Position numbers and translations under genes: made by a program. A DNA stretch of 61,827 bases, filler included, from Cladosporium halotolerans (Eukaryota): the NCBI RefSeq assembly GCF_011745625.1. It is 5 parts of 5 records of this genome, joined end to end, with 100 filler letters (N's around TTAATTAATTAA, not from the genome) between each part and the next. Parts side by side here need not be neighbours in the genome. Positions count along the whole stretch, not along the records: positions 12,483 to 24,789 come from NW_027191579.1; positions 24,890 to 37,192 come from NW_027191580.1; 3 more parts are not named here. The stretch is one strand, 5' to 3'. Positions 24,564 through 35,113 of this stretch are shown piece by piece. Numbering within the stretch: position 1 is the stretch's first letter; the number at the start of each line of letters is the position of its first letter. The notes under the pieces are model-generated. The model was not told the origin of the DNA, did no database searches, and worked only from the letters and a program-made list of their open reading frames with translations.

Positions 24564-24789
24564 CTAGTGCAAAAGTCCGTATTCTTCTTTCAGGAAATCT
24601 GCAAACGCTGATGGAACCTTGGCCGTCACACCCTCAAACGTAGTATCTCGCAGGGGAAATATTCCCCCGTGCACGCTGAAGCGCTCATTTCGGCGAGCCA
24701 TCAAATCTTTGGCTTCCGCATTCGCCTTTTCACGACATCGCAACGGCTTGATGTCGATGTACAGCCCGGAGTTCATGTCTATCCAGCGA
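24564..24789 (-). pseudogene. LicD/Mnn4-like phosphotransferase, C-terminal fragment (cut by linker; possibly degenerate)
   Basis: RWIDMNSGLYIDI..IFPLRDTTFEGV..KVP....FLKEEYG resembles fungal LicD-family C-terminal motifs. Confidence 0.7.
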
Positions 24790-24889
24790 NNNNNNNNNNN
24801 NNNNNNNNNNNNNNNNNNNNNNNNNNNNNNNNNTTAATTAATTAANNNNNNNNNNNNNNNNNNNNNNNNNNNNNNNNNNNNNNNNNNNN
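24790..24889. other. Artificial contig linker
   Basis: N-TTAATTAATTAA-N, 100 nt. Confidence 0.98.
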
Positions 24890-24902
24890 CTAGGTAGCAG
24901 CT

Positions 24903-27722
24903 ATGTTGAATCATTTGCCTCCATGCGCTATTGTGGTCCATCGAAGCAGATGTCACACCATTCTATCGGGTGCAAGCGTCTGCACTCATGAAGCGTCTTG
25001 GGATGAGAGCGAGGAAGTTCTGACCTACGAAGACACCGAGCTGCGCATGGATCAGATCCCGTCTTTGCTTTCTTCTGAGCATCAGGGGTGTTGTCAGCTT
25101 CTTTACGACGATCTGATGCTGGGTCTCAAGGGTCTTCGCCGAATGAGTCCTCGGTTCCTTAAAGATGGGGTTAACGTCGACACCGTCCGTTGGAACTTCG
25201 CCCAACACAGAGACAACGCAAGGACTCTTCGCGGCACAGAAAGTGCTTTGGCAAAAGCGATCGAACGATCCGATCAATTATGCCGAATCTTTCTCGTCGA
25301 GAACAGTCGGTCACCCGGTGGATGGGCATGGAGAGAAAGCGCGATGGCTAACTACGAAGCCACTATACAAGAGTTTCTGAAGCGCGTGAGCGTTTTCATA
25401 CACATCAGCGGTAGGCAGCCTGTGCGAGAGAGCGAGTTCTTCTCGATGACATACCGCAACACACAGCGGCGACGGTCCATCATCATCCATCTTGACCGTG
25501 TCATGGTACACGTACAATACCACAAAGGCCAGCAGCAAACGGGTAACTACAAAGAGAACGTCCGGTTTCTTGCTGATCCAATTGCCGAGCTACTACCTGA
25601 CTATATTGTCTACGTCTTACCGTTGCGAGAGAGGTTCTTACGACAGACTTCGCCCGGATCGTTGCTCTCTCCGTATCTCTAGGAAAAGGACGGAAAAGTG
25701 TGGCCGGAGAGTTGTCTCAGTCGCTACTTGGAAGAGGCAAGCGTCCGGGCGTGTATACCACGGCTTCACGTTGCCAACTGGAGGCAGATCACAGTAGCAA
25801 TCGTCAAGACAAAGCTTGCCAGCCAGATCGAATGCTTCGATCCCGACGAGGGTGACGAAGACGCAGAAGAAATTGACTCGACAATTCGAAGCATGACCGA
25901 CCAGCGCAACCACAAGACTCGGACAGTAAACCGTGCGTACGCCAATCAAGCCAGAGCGGTATTCGCCAATTTGTGGGATGGAAAGGTGCGAATGGGGCTA
26001 CAGGCTTCGATGCTCTGGCAGGACTTCTGGGGCGTAGAAACGGTCCTCAAGCAAAAGAAACGTGGGAGGGTTGAACAAGAGTCCCGCCTGACAAAACGGG
26101 TAGCCATAGGCATCTACCGTCCACGGAAGCCTTGGTCGATTGGAGCTCTGCTCGAGGGCGTGAAAAAGCTTCATAGTGACAGAGAAGCAGACTGGAGATG
26201 TCCCGAACAGGAGCAAGCTCTCACCACAATCATGTCCTGGACTGAACAGGTCGTTGCTATCCTTCCCACAGGAGCCGGAAAGAGCCTACTCTTTATGCTT
26301 CCATGCACCCTAACCGACGCTGGCATAACGATCCTCATCGTCCCGCTGGTCTCACTTCATGGAGACATGCTCCGGCGTATTAGAGAGATGAAGATTGATC
26401 ATCTCGAGTGGCATCCGGGTGAGATTCGAGAGGCCGCCCTGATACTGGTCAGTGCCGAGGCGGCGTCCTCTAAAGACTTCACCAAGTATGCTCGGAGGCT
26501 CATAGCAGAGCAAAAGCTTAACCGGATCGTGATCGATGAGTGCCACCTGACCGTGATCGCAGCCGAGTATCGACCCAGTATCGTCGAGCTCACTACCATC
26601 CGGAGCCTACAGACTGAATTCGTCTACCTCACAGCTACCCTTCCACCATCTATGCGAGCAGAGTTCGATGAGAGGAATTACCTACACCACCCCAAAATCA
26701 TCAGAGCGTCTAGCAATCGACCGAACATCTTCTACATGGTGCGTAAAATTGACGCTCATAACGGAAGCCTTCTCAAGCAAGCCGCGAGCGAGGCTGAACA
26801 GGCATGGAAAGAGTCTGGGTTTTTCGATCATGCCTGCGACAAGATCATCCTGTACGTTCGGACATGCCAAGATGCAGACGATCTGGCAGAGCTACTTAAG
26901 TGCAGCTCGTACACCTCCGAGAGTGGGACGCCCGTAGAGAAGAAACAGATACTTGATCGCTGGATCGAGACTCCCCACATGCCTTACATCGTGGCGACCA
27001 CTGCTTTAGCCGAAGGATTCGACTATCCCCACGTCCGACTCGTTATGAACATAAACGAGCCAGAGTCTCTAGTAGGAGTCTGGCCGGGCAGGGCGAGACG
27101 GAAAGCGTGCGTATTCGATAGTGTTACTACCAGCTACCTAGCAACCACATGTCATAGAAGATCTAGCAATCAATCCACACGAGACAAAAAACCATAGAGG
27201 CGATCTAACACTTCGGAAACGTCGGGACAAGCAAGTCGTACACCACTACCTATAAGGTAACCAATGCTACCGGCCTTCTTTAAGCGACTACTTGGATGTC
27301 GCTAACCACCGAAGATAGTGCATGCCGAAGACGTACTGTGCGACATCTGTACCGTGGCTCATCAAGACGTGATCGGTCCGGTCGAGAAGGTCGAGCAAGA
27401 CGCCATACACACAGGAGTTCAGCTTGTTCAACAAGAGCGGCTTCGGGCCCACACAGAACTAACGCAGTACCGTCTTGATCTAGCAAGCATAAAGGGCACC
27501 CGCCTATTCTGCAGAGCGGTCAGGCAAAACTGGGATCACGAACTCTCAGTGCCACGGCGCTTCGAGTTATTTGAACGAAGGACGAAAGCTAAACGAGGAC
27601 ACGAACAGCGAGGACGTAAATGGCTGCAGCCGGATACGAGCTGCTTCTGGTGCTTGAACCCCCAGTCGATGTGTCAGCGGGCTGAGCTCATAGGGAGGAA
27701 GAGCGTAGGCGTCTGTGAGTAA
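24903..27722 (+). pseudogene. Tyrosine-recombinase-like domain + RecQ-family helicase + Zn-binding tail (telomere-linked-helicase-like), disrupted
   Basis: ORFs 24903-25682 and 25698-27197 are in one frame, separated by a single TAG. Helicase motifs: EQEQAL, LPTGAGKS, IVPLVSL, IDECH, LTAT, IILYVRT, VATTALAEGFD. Motif VI (ESGRAGRDG) lies in another frame after a ~27070 frameshift. Cys-rich tail LCDIC, CFWC..C. Confidence 0.88.
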
Positions 27723-28475
27723 TAGAGTATGGTCGAATGCTCAAAGAGGTGTGTAGGTGCCTCGATAGGTGGGGACGACGGGTGTACTTTAGGTGCGAAG
27801 TGGGCTGCGAGACTTGTTATGCTACGTGGCCAGACTCGTCGAACGTGCGTGCAAGGCAAGTTTGAATTTCTGCGTACAGGTGGTACCAAAACGCGTATAC
27901 TGGATACTGCCAATTGAGTGAATCACCGACGGGAATGACGAGTAGGTTTCGATCTCACACCTTTTTTTTTGTGATCACATTTTGGTTATGCTATCTAACT
28001 TATGACAAACCCAGGCTCATTCCCGTACGATCTTCGTGTACTTGCATGTCACCATGGTTTTCGGGCTCAGTACCCTCCTTTTAGCCTGTCTTTATCCCAC
28101 CCTCTCCCTAATCATCTTCCCCAGTCCTCATCACTCTCCCGGTTGAGTAGATCGATGACCCATTCATCAACTCGCTGTGCATGATTCGCATCTCTTTTCT
28201 TGTCGACTGCCGTGCATTCGATGAAATACAACACTGTCTCGATGCTGGCTTTTCCAAGCAAGACCTCCAAGTCTTGCCCATTCGTTATTGCCGAAATCTC
28301 AATCTTCTTGGATACGATCGCGTCGGCTTCAGCTAAGCTACATTAGCATGCGTGAAGACAGCCAGCAGCCAATGCAGGGGCGGCTACAGCCCGAGCAACG
28401 TGATTGGACATAATGGAAATACAGCTCAAGATTCCGTAAGCTATAGTAGTGAGACCTACAACTGCACCAACCAGG

Positions 28476-31400
28476 TCACGCCCTCCCAAACGCCTCCCGA
28501 AACCCAACAAAAGGCACCCCAGTCCTCAACAGTAAACTGCTCGCAACTACCGTAACACTGCTCAGCGCCATCGCGAGCGCCGCCCAAGCCGGGTCCAACC
28601 GAATATGAGTCCCCGCGGCAGTGGTGGCGGGATACAGAACGCCCGCGGCGACGGGCAGAGCGATCATATTGTACAGAGCGGCCCATACGAAATTGAGGAT
28701 GACGCGGCGGAAGACGGCACGGCTGAGCGAGACCAGCGTCAGAACAGCGCGCAGGTCCGAGTGCACCAGGATGAAAGACGCGGACTGCACGGCAATGTCG
28801 GAGCCGGATGCGACTGCGATGCCGACGTCTGCGGCCGCGAGGGCGGGGGCGTCGTTGATGCCGTCGCCGACCATGGCGATTGTGGCCCTTTTGCGCTTGT
28901 TGCTGCTCAATAGTGCGCTCTGGAAGCCCGTTCCGCGGCGAGCTTTGAGGATCTGTTGGAGGTATTTGACTTTGTCGGCTTTTTGCGCGGGGAGGACGCC
29001 GGCGACGATGTTCTCGGGTGGGATGCCGACTTGCCTGCCGACTGCGTTTGCTGTGCTGGGGTTGTCGCCGGAGAGCATCCAGACGTCGATGCCGCGCATT
29101 TGCAGGGACTCTACGACTTCAATAGCTTCGGGTCGGAGAGGGTCGGAGGCGGCGAAGATTGCTTGCATTCTCCAGGTTTCGTCCGAAGCACGGCATGCCG
29201 TTAGGATGACTGAGCACCCTGATGACTTCCAAGATTCTAGAGTGCTTTCTGTGGCTGGACTGACCACAACGCCGTAGTCTTGCATGAGACTTCCATTGCC
29301 GACTAGCACTTCATACTGGCGTTGTGGGTGTTGCGTGGAGTCAAACTTGGCTTTGAGTCCCTGGCCAGCGATTTCGTCGACACCTGTCACGGATACCACT
29401 GCCGCCTCTGCCTGTGTTGCAAAATTGACAGCTGCCTTGGCAAGCGGATGGCTGCTGTTCTCTTCAACGCCCTTGAGCACACCAAGGACCGTCGCTCGGT
29501 CAAGCCCTAGATCGGTATCGAAGATGATGTGCTGCATGATTCTCGGCTCCGAGCCTTCAGTAAGTGTTCCAGTCTTGTCAAAGATGACGGCGTCCAGGTT
29601 GCTTGCTTCTTGGAATGCTTCTCCACCACCCTTGACGAGAATCCCGCGTTGTGCTGCCATGCCGCCGCCAACGAACAGCGCTGTGGGTGCCGCGAGACCC
29701 AGTCCACACGGACACGCAATTACAAAGACGGCAATGGCGAATTGGAGTGACCAGAATGGCCATCCGCCAACGCCGTTGTCCAAGTAACTTTCAGGCAATG
29801 CGCCCGAAAGACCAAGCGTGAGCCAGACCAGCCAGGTAATAATCGCGACTAGTACAACGACGGGCACAAAGTACGCCGTCAGAAGGTCGGCAATGCGTTC
29901 CATCGGTGCGCGTTTAGACTGTCCTTCACGGACAACAGCAATGATCGAATCTAGCATGGATGCGCCTGCTGAGCCAGTGACTCTAATGGTGATCGCTTGT
30001 CCTTTGTTGATTGTGCCGGAGTAGGTTGTTCCGCCTGCCACCTTTCGAATCAAGCGTGATTCTCCTGTAAGGCTCGACTCGTCGAATCTCGCTTCTCCGT
30101 CAACCAAAGTCCCATCACAAGGTGGGCTCGATCCATGCAGAACCTTGACGTGGTCCCCGATTTCGATGAGATCGACATCCACCTTCGAGGTGGCGGAAAA
30201 TGCGGGCTCGCCCTCTCCCAGTGTTGTCAGAATAGCTTCGGTAGGTCTCAGATTTCCCAGTGCAGAGATGGCATCGCCGGATTTTGTCTTCATGTGAGCT
30301 TCGGCCAGTCGTCCGAGCAAGAGGAACATGGTCAAGAAGACCACCGAGTCAAAGTAAGACATCTTGGAGCTTTCCGGCATGTCTTTTATACTCGTAGCAG
30401 AGATTATCAACTGCGCTAGCGAGGAGAAATAGGAAATTGTAGTGCCGAAGCTGATGAGCAAATTCATGCTTCCGAATCGTATGAAGCGTTTCGCAATGGG
30501 GACTGGGCTTCGGGGCCTCCAGAGTGAGTAAATCTCTTTCATCATTCGGCGGTGGAAGTAGTCTGTGGCGAAGAAGTAAACCGGAGTCGCCGTAGCAAAC
30601 ATAAACCATTCTACTCGGCTAACGCCATGCGAGGGATAGATGAGCCACATGTAGCCCGGGTCGTGTTTTGACACCAGATTCATGTAGACAATCCCAATGA
30701 CCAGACTGGGTACAGCTGCGATGGTCGAAAGTAGAACACGTAGGAAAACAGCTTTTTGTTCCTTTGCAAGCATTTCGCGGGAGCGCTGCTCTATCGATGC
30801 TGGCTTGTGAATTGTCACAATGAAGGTGGGATCTAGGGCGCAGATTTCGTCCAGAATGCGTCGGATTGTGAATGCAGGAGCGTTTGGCACATATGATATC
30901 GTGAGTATAGGCGATTCCAGTGTGGGCAGTTTCTGCAAGTCCACCCCGAGGCTTCCTACTTCGTCGACAATTCGTTTCGGACATCGCGGGCAGTGCATGC
31001 CTTCTATCCATAAAGATACAGTTCTGCATGCGAGTCGTGACGCGTCATACGCCACCTCAGGCCCGTCATTCGGTTTGTTTCTCAGGGTTTTATTCAGGCC
31101 TGCCCGTAATTCCATCAATTGCGCGTCGTATCCTGCGTCTTCGATTTTTTCGACCAGTTCTTCGGAAAACTTCTGGCTCTTGTAAGATCGAAATTGCACC
31201 CTGGCACTATGTCCAATGAGAGACACATCGGCTCGTTCAACACCGGGCAGCCCAAGGGCTTTCGTGACATTGCCAACGCAAGAGCTGCAGGTCATACCCT
31301 CAATAGATAGAGTAGCCACGAAAAGCGGTGTACTGTTCACGGCCTCAGCTGCGACATGCTCCATTCCATTCTGGATATTCGAAGATGCACACATCTGGCA

Positions 31401-31757
31401 GTTGGCGTCGTGCAGGAGCCGGGTGTTTTCGTCGACCTCTGAGTCATCGTGTTGGAGAGCCCATCGCTGTACGGCTTGTTGCAGCTGTGGCGATATAGAT
31501 GCTTCTTCGGTGGATGATGCGTCGTGTATGATGTCGAATATCTCATAGCCAGCCGATGTCAGTGCCGTACTGATGGAGGGTATCGCGATCTCATGAGCAA
31601 TAGTGACCACATGGTTAATAATGGAGATGTCACGAATGACCGCAGTCGGTTCCAAGTCACCGATGATGGTGGTCACATGGCTTACGCATGTTGGGCAGTG
31701 AAGATTTGGGATGAGGAAGGACGTTTGACGACGGGGTGCGATTGGCGAAGGTGCCAT
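28476..31757 (-). CDS. crpA: Copper-transporting P1B-type ATPase, CrpA-like (copper resistance); intronless
   Basis: HMA motifs LHCPTC, MTCSSC and MHCPRC; TGES, IACPC, DKTGT, SSHPLA, GDGINDAPAL, YN and MALSS. Likely ATG at 31757. Confidence 0.9.
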   Translation of the reverse strand: MAPSPIAPRRQTSFLIPNLHCPTCVSHVTTIIGDLEPTAVIRDISIINHVVTIAHEIAIPSISTALTSAGYEIFDIIHDASSTEEASISPQLQQAVQRWALQHDDSEVDENTRLLHDANCQMCASSNIQNGMEHVAAEAVNSTPLFVATLSIEGMTCSSCVGNVTKALGLPGVERADVSLIGHSARVQFRSYKSQKFSEELVEKIEDAGYDAQLMELRAGLNKTLRNKPNDGPEVAYDASRLACRTVSLWIEGMHCPRCPKRIVDEVGSLGVDLQKLPTLESPILTISYVPNAPAFTIRRILDEICALDPTFIVTIHKPASIEQRSREMLAKEQKAVFLRVLLSTIAAVPSLVIGIVYMNLVSKHDPGYMWLIYPSHGVSRVEWFMFATATPVYFFATDYFHRRMMKEIYSLWRPRSPVPIAKRFIRFGSMNLLISFGTTISYFSSLAQLIISATSIKDMPESSKMSYFDSVVFLTMFLLLGRLAEAHMKTKSGDAISALGNLRPTEAILTTLGEGEPAFSATSKVDVDLIEIGDHVKVLHGSSPPCDGTLVDGEARFDESSLTGESRLIRKVAGGTTYSGTINKGQAITIRVTGSAGASMLDSIIAVVREGQSKRAPMERIADLLTAYFVPVVVLVAIITWLVWLTLGLSGALPESYLDNGVGGWPFWSLQFAIAVFVIACPCGLGLAAPTALFVGGGMAAQRGILVKGGGEAFQEASNLDAVIFDKTGTLTEGSEPRIMQHIIFDTDLGLDRATVLGVLKGVEENSSHPLAKAAVNFATQAEAAVVSVTGVDEIAGQGLKAKFDSTQHPQRQYEVLVGNGSLMQDYGVVVSPATESTLESWKSSGCSVILTACRASDETWRMQAIFAASDPLRPEAIEVVESLQMRGIDVWMLSGDNPSTANAVGRQVGIPPENIVAGVLPAQKADKVKYLQQILKARRGTGFQSALLSSNKRKRATIAMVGDGINDAPALAAADVGIAVASGSDIAVQSASFILVHSDLRAVLTLVSLSRAVFRRVILNFVWAALYNMIALPVAAGVLYPATTAAGTHIRLDPAWAALAMALSSVTVVASSLLLRTGVPFVGFREAFGRA

Positions 31758-32302
31758 GCTTTTTCGTGTTACGTGATTTTGTGTGATGTTGGAAGAAGGG
31801 ACAGCAAACCTGGTTTCTTGTACCAGTTGTTGCAACGTCTGTGCGCCACAATAAAGAACTCGAAAAACGCAAAAAGTGCTCACGCTTTGACCAACTCCAG
31901 CTTAAGCCCTAGAAGCTTTTCCCTCTCAATGCACACGCCACATCTCATACATTAAGACTACTTAAGCTATTATTATGACATAAAATTCTCGGCTTATATC
32001 TTATTTATAGATTCGTATATTTATAAGTTCTAAAGCCTTCTATTTAGCGTAATAACTCTACTACTTAATAAGATAACTATTACGATTCGACCTCACTTCT
32101 TTCGGATCACGTGACTACGGAGCTAGTTCCGCGGCTAAGGCTTGGCGCTCACTAGCTAGCTTACCTTCGGACGGATCCTTACGATCCCCTTTAGATAGTG
32201 TAAGGTCTAGTTCTAGGTAATAGAATAATGTATTAAATAACCGTATAGGGATATAGTAACGTATAGTATATCTACTTACTATAAGACGAGTAAGTAATAA
32301 GA

Positions 32303-32515
32303 TGTAAGGAAGTAGTAGGTAGGGGTTCTAAACAGTATCTCTTAGGTAGAATATTAACGATTACCTAAGGAGTCTAAGGGGAATCAGGAGTAGAGGAAGG
32401 CTTTCTAAGGCACTAGGTGCTAAGCCGGGGATCCCGTAGGATTCGTATGCGATCCGTATACGGATCTCGCGCGGGAAGCCTATAGTTCCCGTTACGTGAC
32501 TAGTGTTTCCTTACA
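32303..32515. mobile_element. Solo LTR family A
   Basis: TGTAAGGA...TCCTTACA with TSD TAAGA, which is single-copy in the empty site of LTR B near 34678. Confidence 0.88.
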
Positions 32516-32607
32516 TAAGAAGACTAAACGCTACCGTTTTACTCTAGCGATAGGGACGTCGCGTATATAAGGGAAACGCATTATACGGGGTAGGTATAGC
32601 TATAGGG

Positions 32608-32821
32608 TGTAAGGAAACACTAGTCACGTAACGGGAACCACAAGCTCCCCGCGCGAGATCCGTATACGGAACGTATACGGATCCTATAGGATCCCTAGGC
32701 TTAGTACATAGTGCCTTAGGAGGCTCTCTTCTGCTCCTACTCCTACTTAGACTCCTTAGGCACTCGTTGATAAACTACCTAAGAGATACTGTTTAGAACC
32801 CCTACCTACTACATCCTTATA
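32608..32821. mobile_element. Solo LTR family A, inverted relative to 32303-32515
   Basis: Reverse complement of the 32303-32515 copy; no clear TSD. A third related partial copy lies at ~33056-33135. Confidence 0.85.
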
Positions 32822-33304
32822 CTAACCTACCTCCTAAATGTATAACTAGAGAACCGATTATTATAGATAGACACTTTTACTACCTAATTAAATATAACTG
32901 TTTAAACTAACAGCCGACTCTTATAATAACCTATTCGAGAGCTAATATTTTGCTTTTAACTATAATTTTATCTTTATCTTCTTCTAGCTCTTTAGATCTC
33001 TAGAGTAGCTTTTTATATTTCTAGGCTTCTTCTAGGGGCCGCGTTTAAGTACGTTTATATAAGGATATAGTAGGTAGGAGTTCTAAACAATAGCTCTTAG
33101 GTAGATTATTAACGATTACCGAAGGAGTCTAAGGTAGAACTAGCCTCGTAGAGATCCTTTAGGGAGGCTGTATACTAACGCGGAGTACGGGGGCGTAGGA
33201 AAAACTAGGGCGTGGACCTAAAATTACAGGTCAACTGCCTTGTTAATTAAATAACTTAACAAGCACTACTCTAATTGACTTGAGATTCACACGCTATATA
33301 TAGT

Positions 33305-33476
33305 TGTAAAGGGCGAAGCCCTTGTAAGTGAAGCACTAGTAATAGCCTATACTATAAGGCTTAGTAGGGCGTCCGTACTCTTTCTCGCGGACTTAGACTA
33401 GAACTAGACTCCTTCCTGTATCGAACTTGTTAAATACCACGAGGAGCCTTAGCGTACGCGTCGCTTACCCGTAACA
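33305..33476. mobile_element. Solo LTR family C
   Basis: TGTAAA...GTAACA with TSD ATAGT; inverted related copy at 34136-34308. Confidence 0.8.
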
Positions 33477-33481
33477 ATAGT

Positions 33482-34135
33482 AGAGCCTATTCTTAATTGC
33501 TACAAGTTCTGTAGGTATAGCCCTCTTTACTACATTTGCTATATCTTAACCTCCTCTTCTTTAGCCTTAGTATCTCCTCTATCATCCTAGCCTCAACCTC
33601 CTTATAACCACCTATTACCTACACTTCACTAACTAACAAGGCCTTATCTAATACTAGAGCCTTTCTAGTCCTCGTCCTACGAACATACATAGCCTTATTA
33701 GCCTTTTAAAGGGTAGTAATCTGTACCTGTTAGAAGGCTACAAAAGCAGCCATAACTTAGGCGCCTTTAGAAAGCTAGTTAAGGGCTTTAAGGATTAGGG
33801 TTAGTAAGCTACTTTCATGCCTTTCAAGCCTTTGCTTAATAAGAGTAGTCTGTTTGTCCATTTCCTTAGTGTTACTTAGGGTCTTTGTATACTATAACTC
33901 TTAAGATGAAGGCTAACTTAGAAACATTAGTACTAGATCTAAGTGGAACAACATAGCCTCTAGATCAAATGGATGTAAGCTAGAACCTCTAAACCCTGCT
34001 TGGATATTAGCTTAAGTGAAGGAAGCAAGGAAGGCTTGTTTAAAGGCTGTAATAAAGTCCACCTTTGTAACATAGAAGACATAATTTCTAATCAAGTCCT
34101 AATTCTGCTTTAAGAAGGCTGTCTTTAAGGGACCA
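33482..34135 (-). pseudogene. RIP-degraded pogo/Fot1 transposase C-terminal relic
   Basis: The minus strand resembles the C-terminal half of the 35230-36357 transposase (the TKVDF..F....GF..SLHPFD region) with many stops. Confidence 0.55.
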
Positions 34136-34308
34136 TGTTACGGGTAGACTACGTATACGTAGAGAGTCCTCGTGGTATTTAACAAGTTCGATATTAGAGG
34201 AAGTCTAGTTCTAAGCGGAGGCCGATAGGAAGTGTATAGACATCGTGCTAAGCCTTGTAGCATAGGCTGTCGGCCGGTGCTTCACTAACTAGGGTCTCGC
34301 CCCTAACA
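34136..34308. mobile_element. Solo LTR family C (inverted copy)
   Basis: TGTTACGGG...CCCTAACA, reverse-complement similar to 33305-33476. Confidence 0.75.
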
Positions 34309-34578
34309 GAAAGTCGGATTTCTTTAGCGAGATCTCTTATTAATAGAAGAGTAATAGGATAACCCGAATTTAATAGTTAAGTAATTACCTATTACTAGAG
34401 CTTAGATAGACATAAGGTTTAGCGGGTACGTAACGGCTATACTAGCTAGCGTAGCTAGTATACCTACGGTCCCCTCTTAGCGCGGCGCCTACGTACTTCG
34501 TACGAGGCTTAGGCGCCCCGATTACTAAGAAGTAGTAATTAGTTCTGTCCTTAACTAATTGTTTAGTAGAGGTGTTCT

Positions 34579-34816
34579 TATAAGGTCAGGTTCTAGGTAA
34601 TAGAATTATGTATTGAATGACCGTATAGGGATATAGCAACGTATAGTATATCTACTTACTATGAGACGAGTAAGTGATAAGAAGACTAAACGCTGCCGTT
34701 TCACTCTAGCGACGGGGACGTCGCGTATATAAGGAAAACGCATTACGCGGGGTAGGTATAGCCATAGGACGGCTAACCTGCCCCCTAAATGCATAACCGG
34801 AGAACCGATCATTATA
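34579..34816. mobile_element. Solo LTR family B, uninterrupted
   Basis: TATAAG...TTATA (RIPed TG..CA) with TSD GTTCT. Confidence 0.85.
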
Positions 34817-35113
34817 GTTCTATACGCTACGAGATACCTTTTAGATAGGCTATCCTATATTATTACCTTTAGGAGAGTCTTTTCTTCGGCGGTCGAGAGT
34901 ATCTATTACAATTCGTATAATTAAGAGCGAGAAGTTTAAGTAGAAAGCTAGAAAGATAGTATTTAGTATAGGATATTAAATACGTAAGTATAATTTCGGA
35001 TAGAGGTAAATTCGCAATTCTAATACGCGGCTAAAGCGTTTATTAGGTCTTCTTTAGAATAAGTAGGTATAATATAGAGAAAAGAAAGAGTATTACGTAA
35101 AATTTTGATAATA

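Larger units (their letters stand above)
32199..32865. mobile_element. Solo LTR family B, interrupted by two family A LTRs
   Basis: TGTAAG...TTATA flanked by 5-bp TSD GATAG; collinear with the uninterrupted copy at 34579-34816. Confidence 0.85.
31950..35113. mobile_element. AT-rich RIP-mutated island of nested transposon relics
   Basis: Abrupt shift to TpA-rich, CpA/TpG-poor sequence with almost no ORFs. Repeat copies differ mainly by C>T/G>A changes. Confidence 0.92.
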
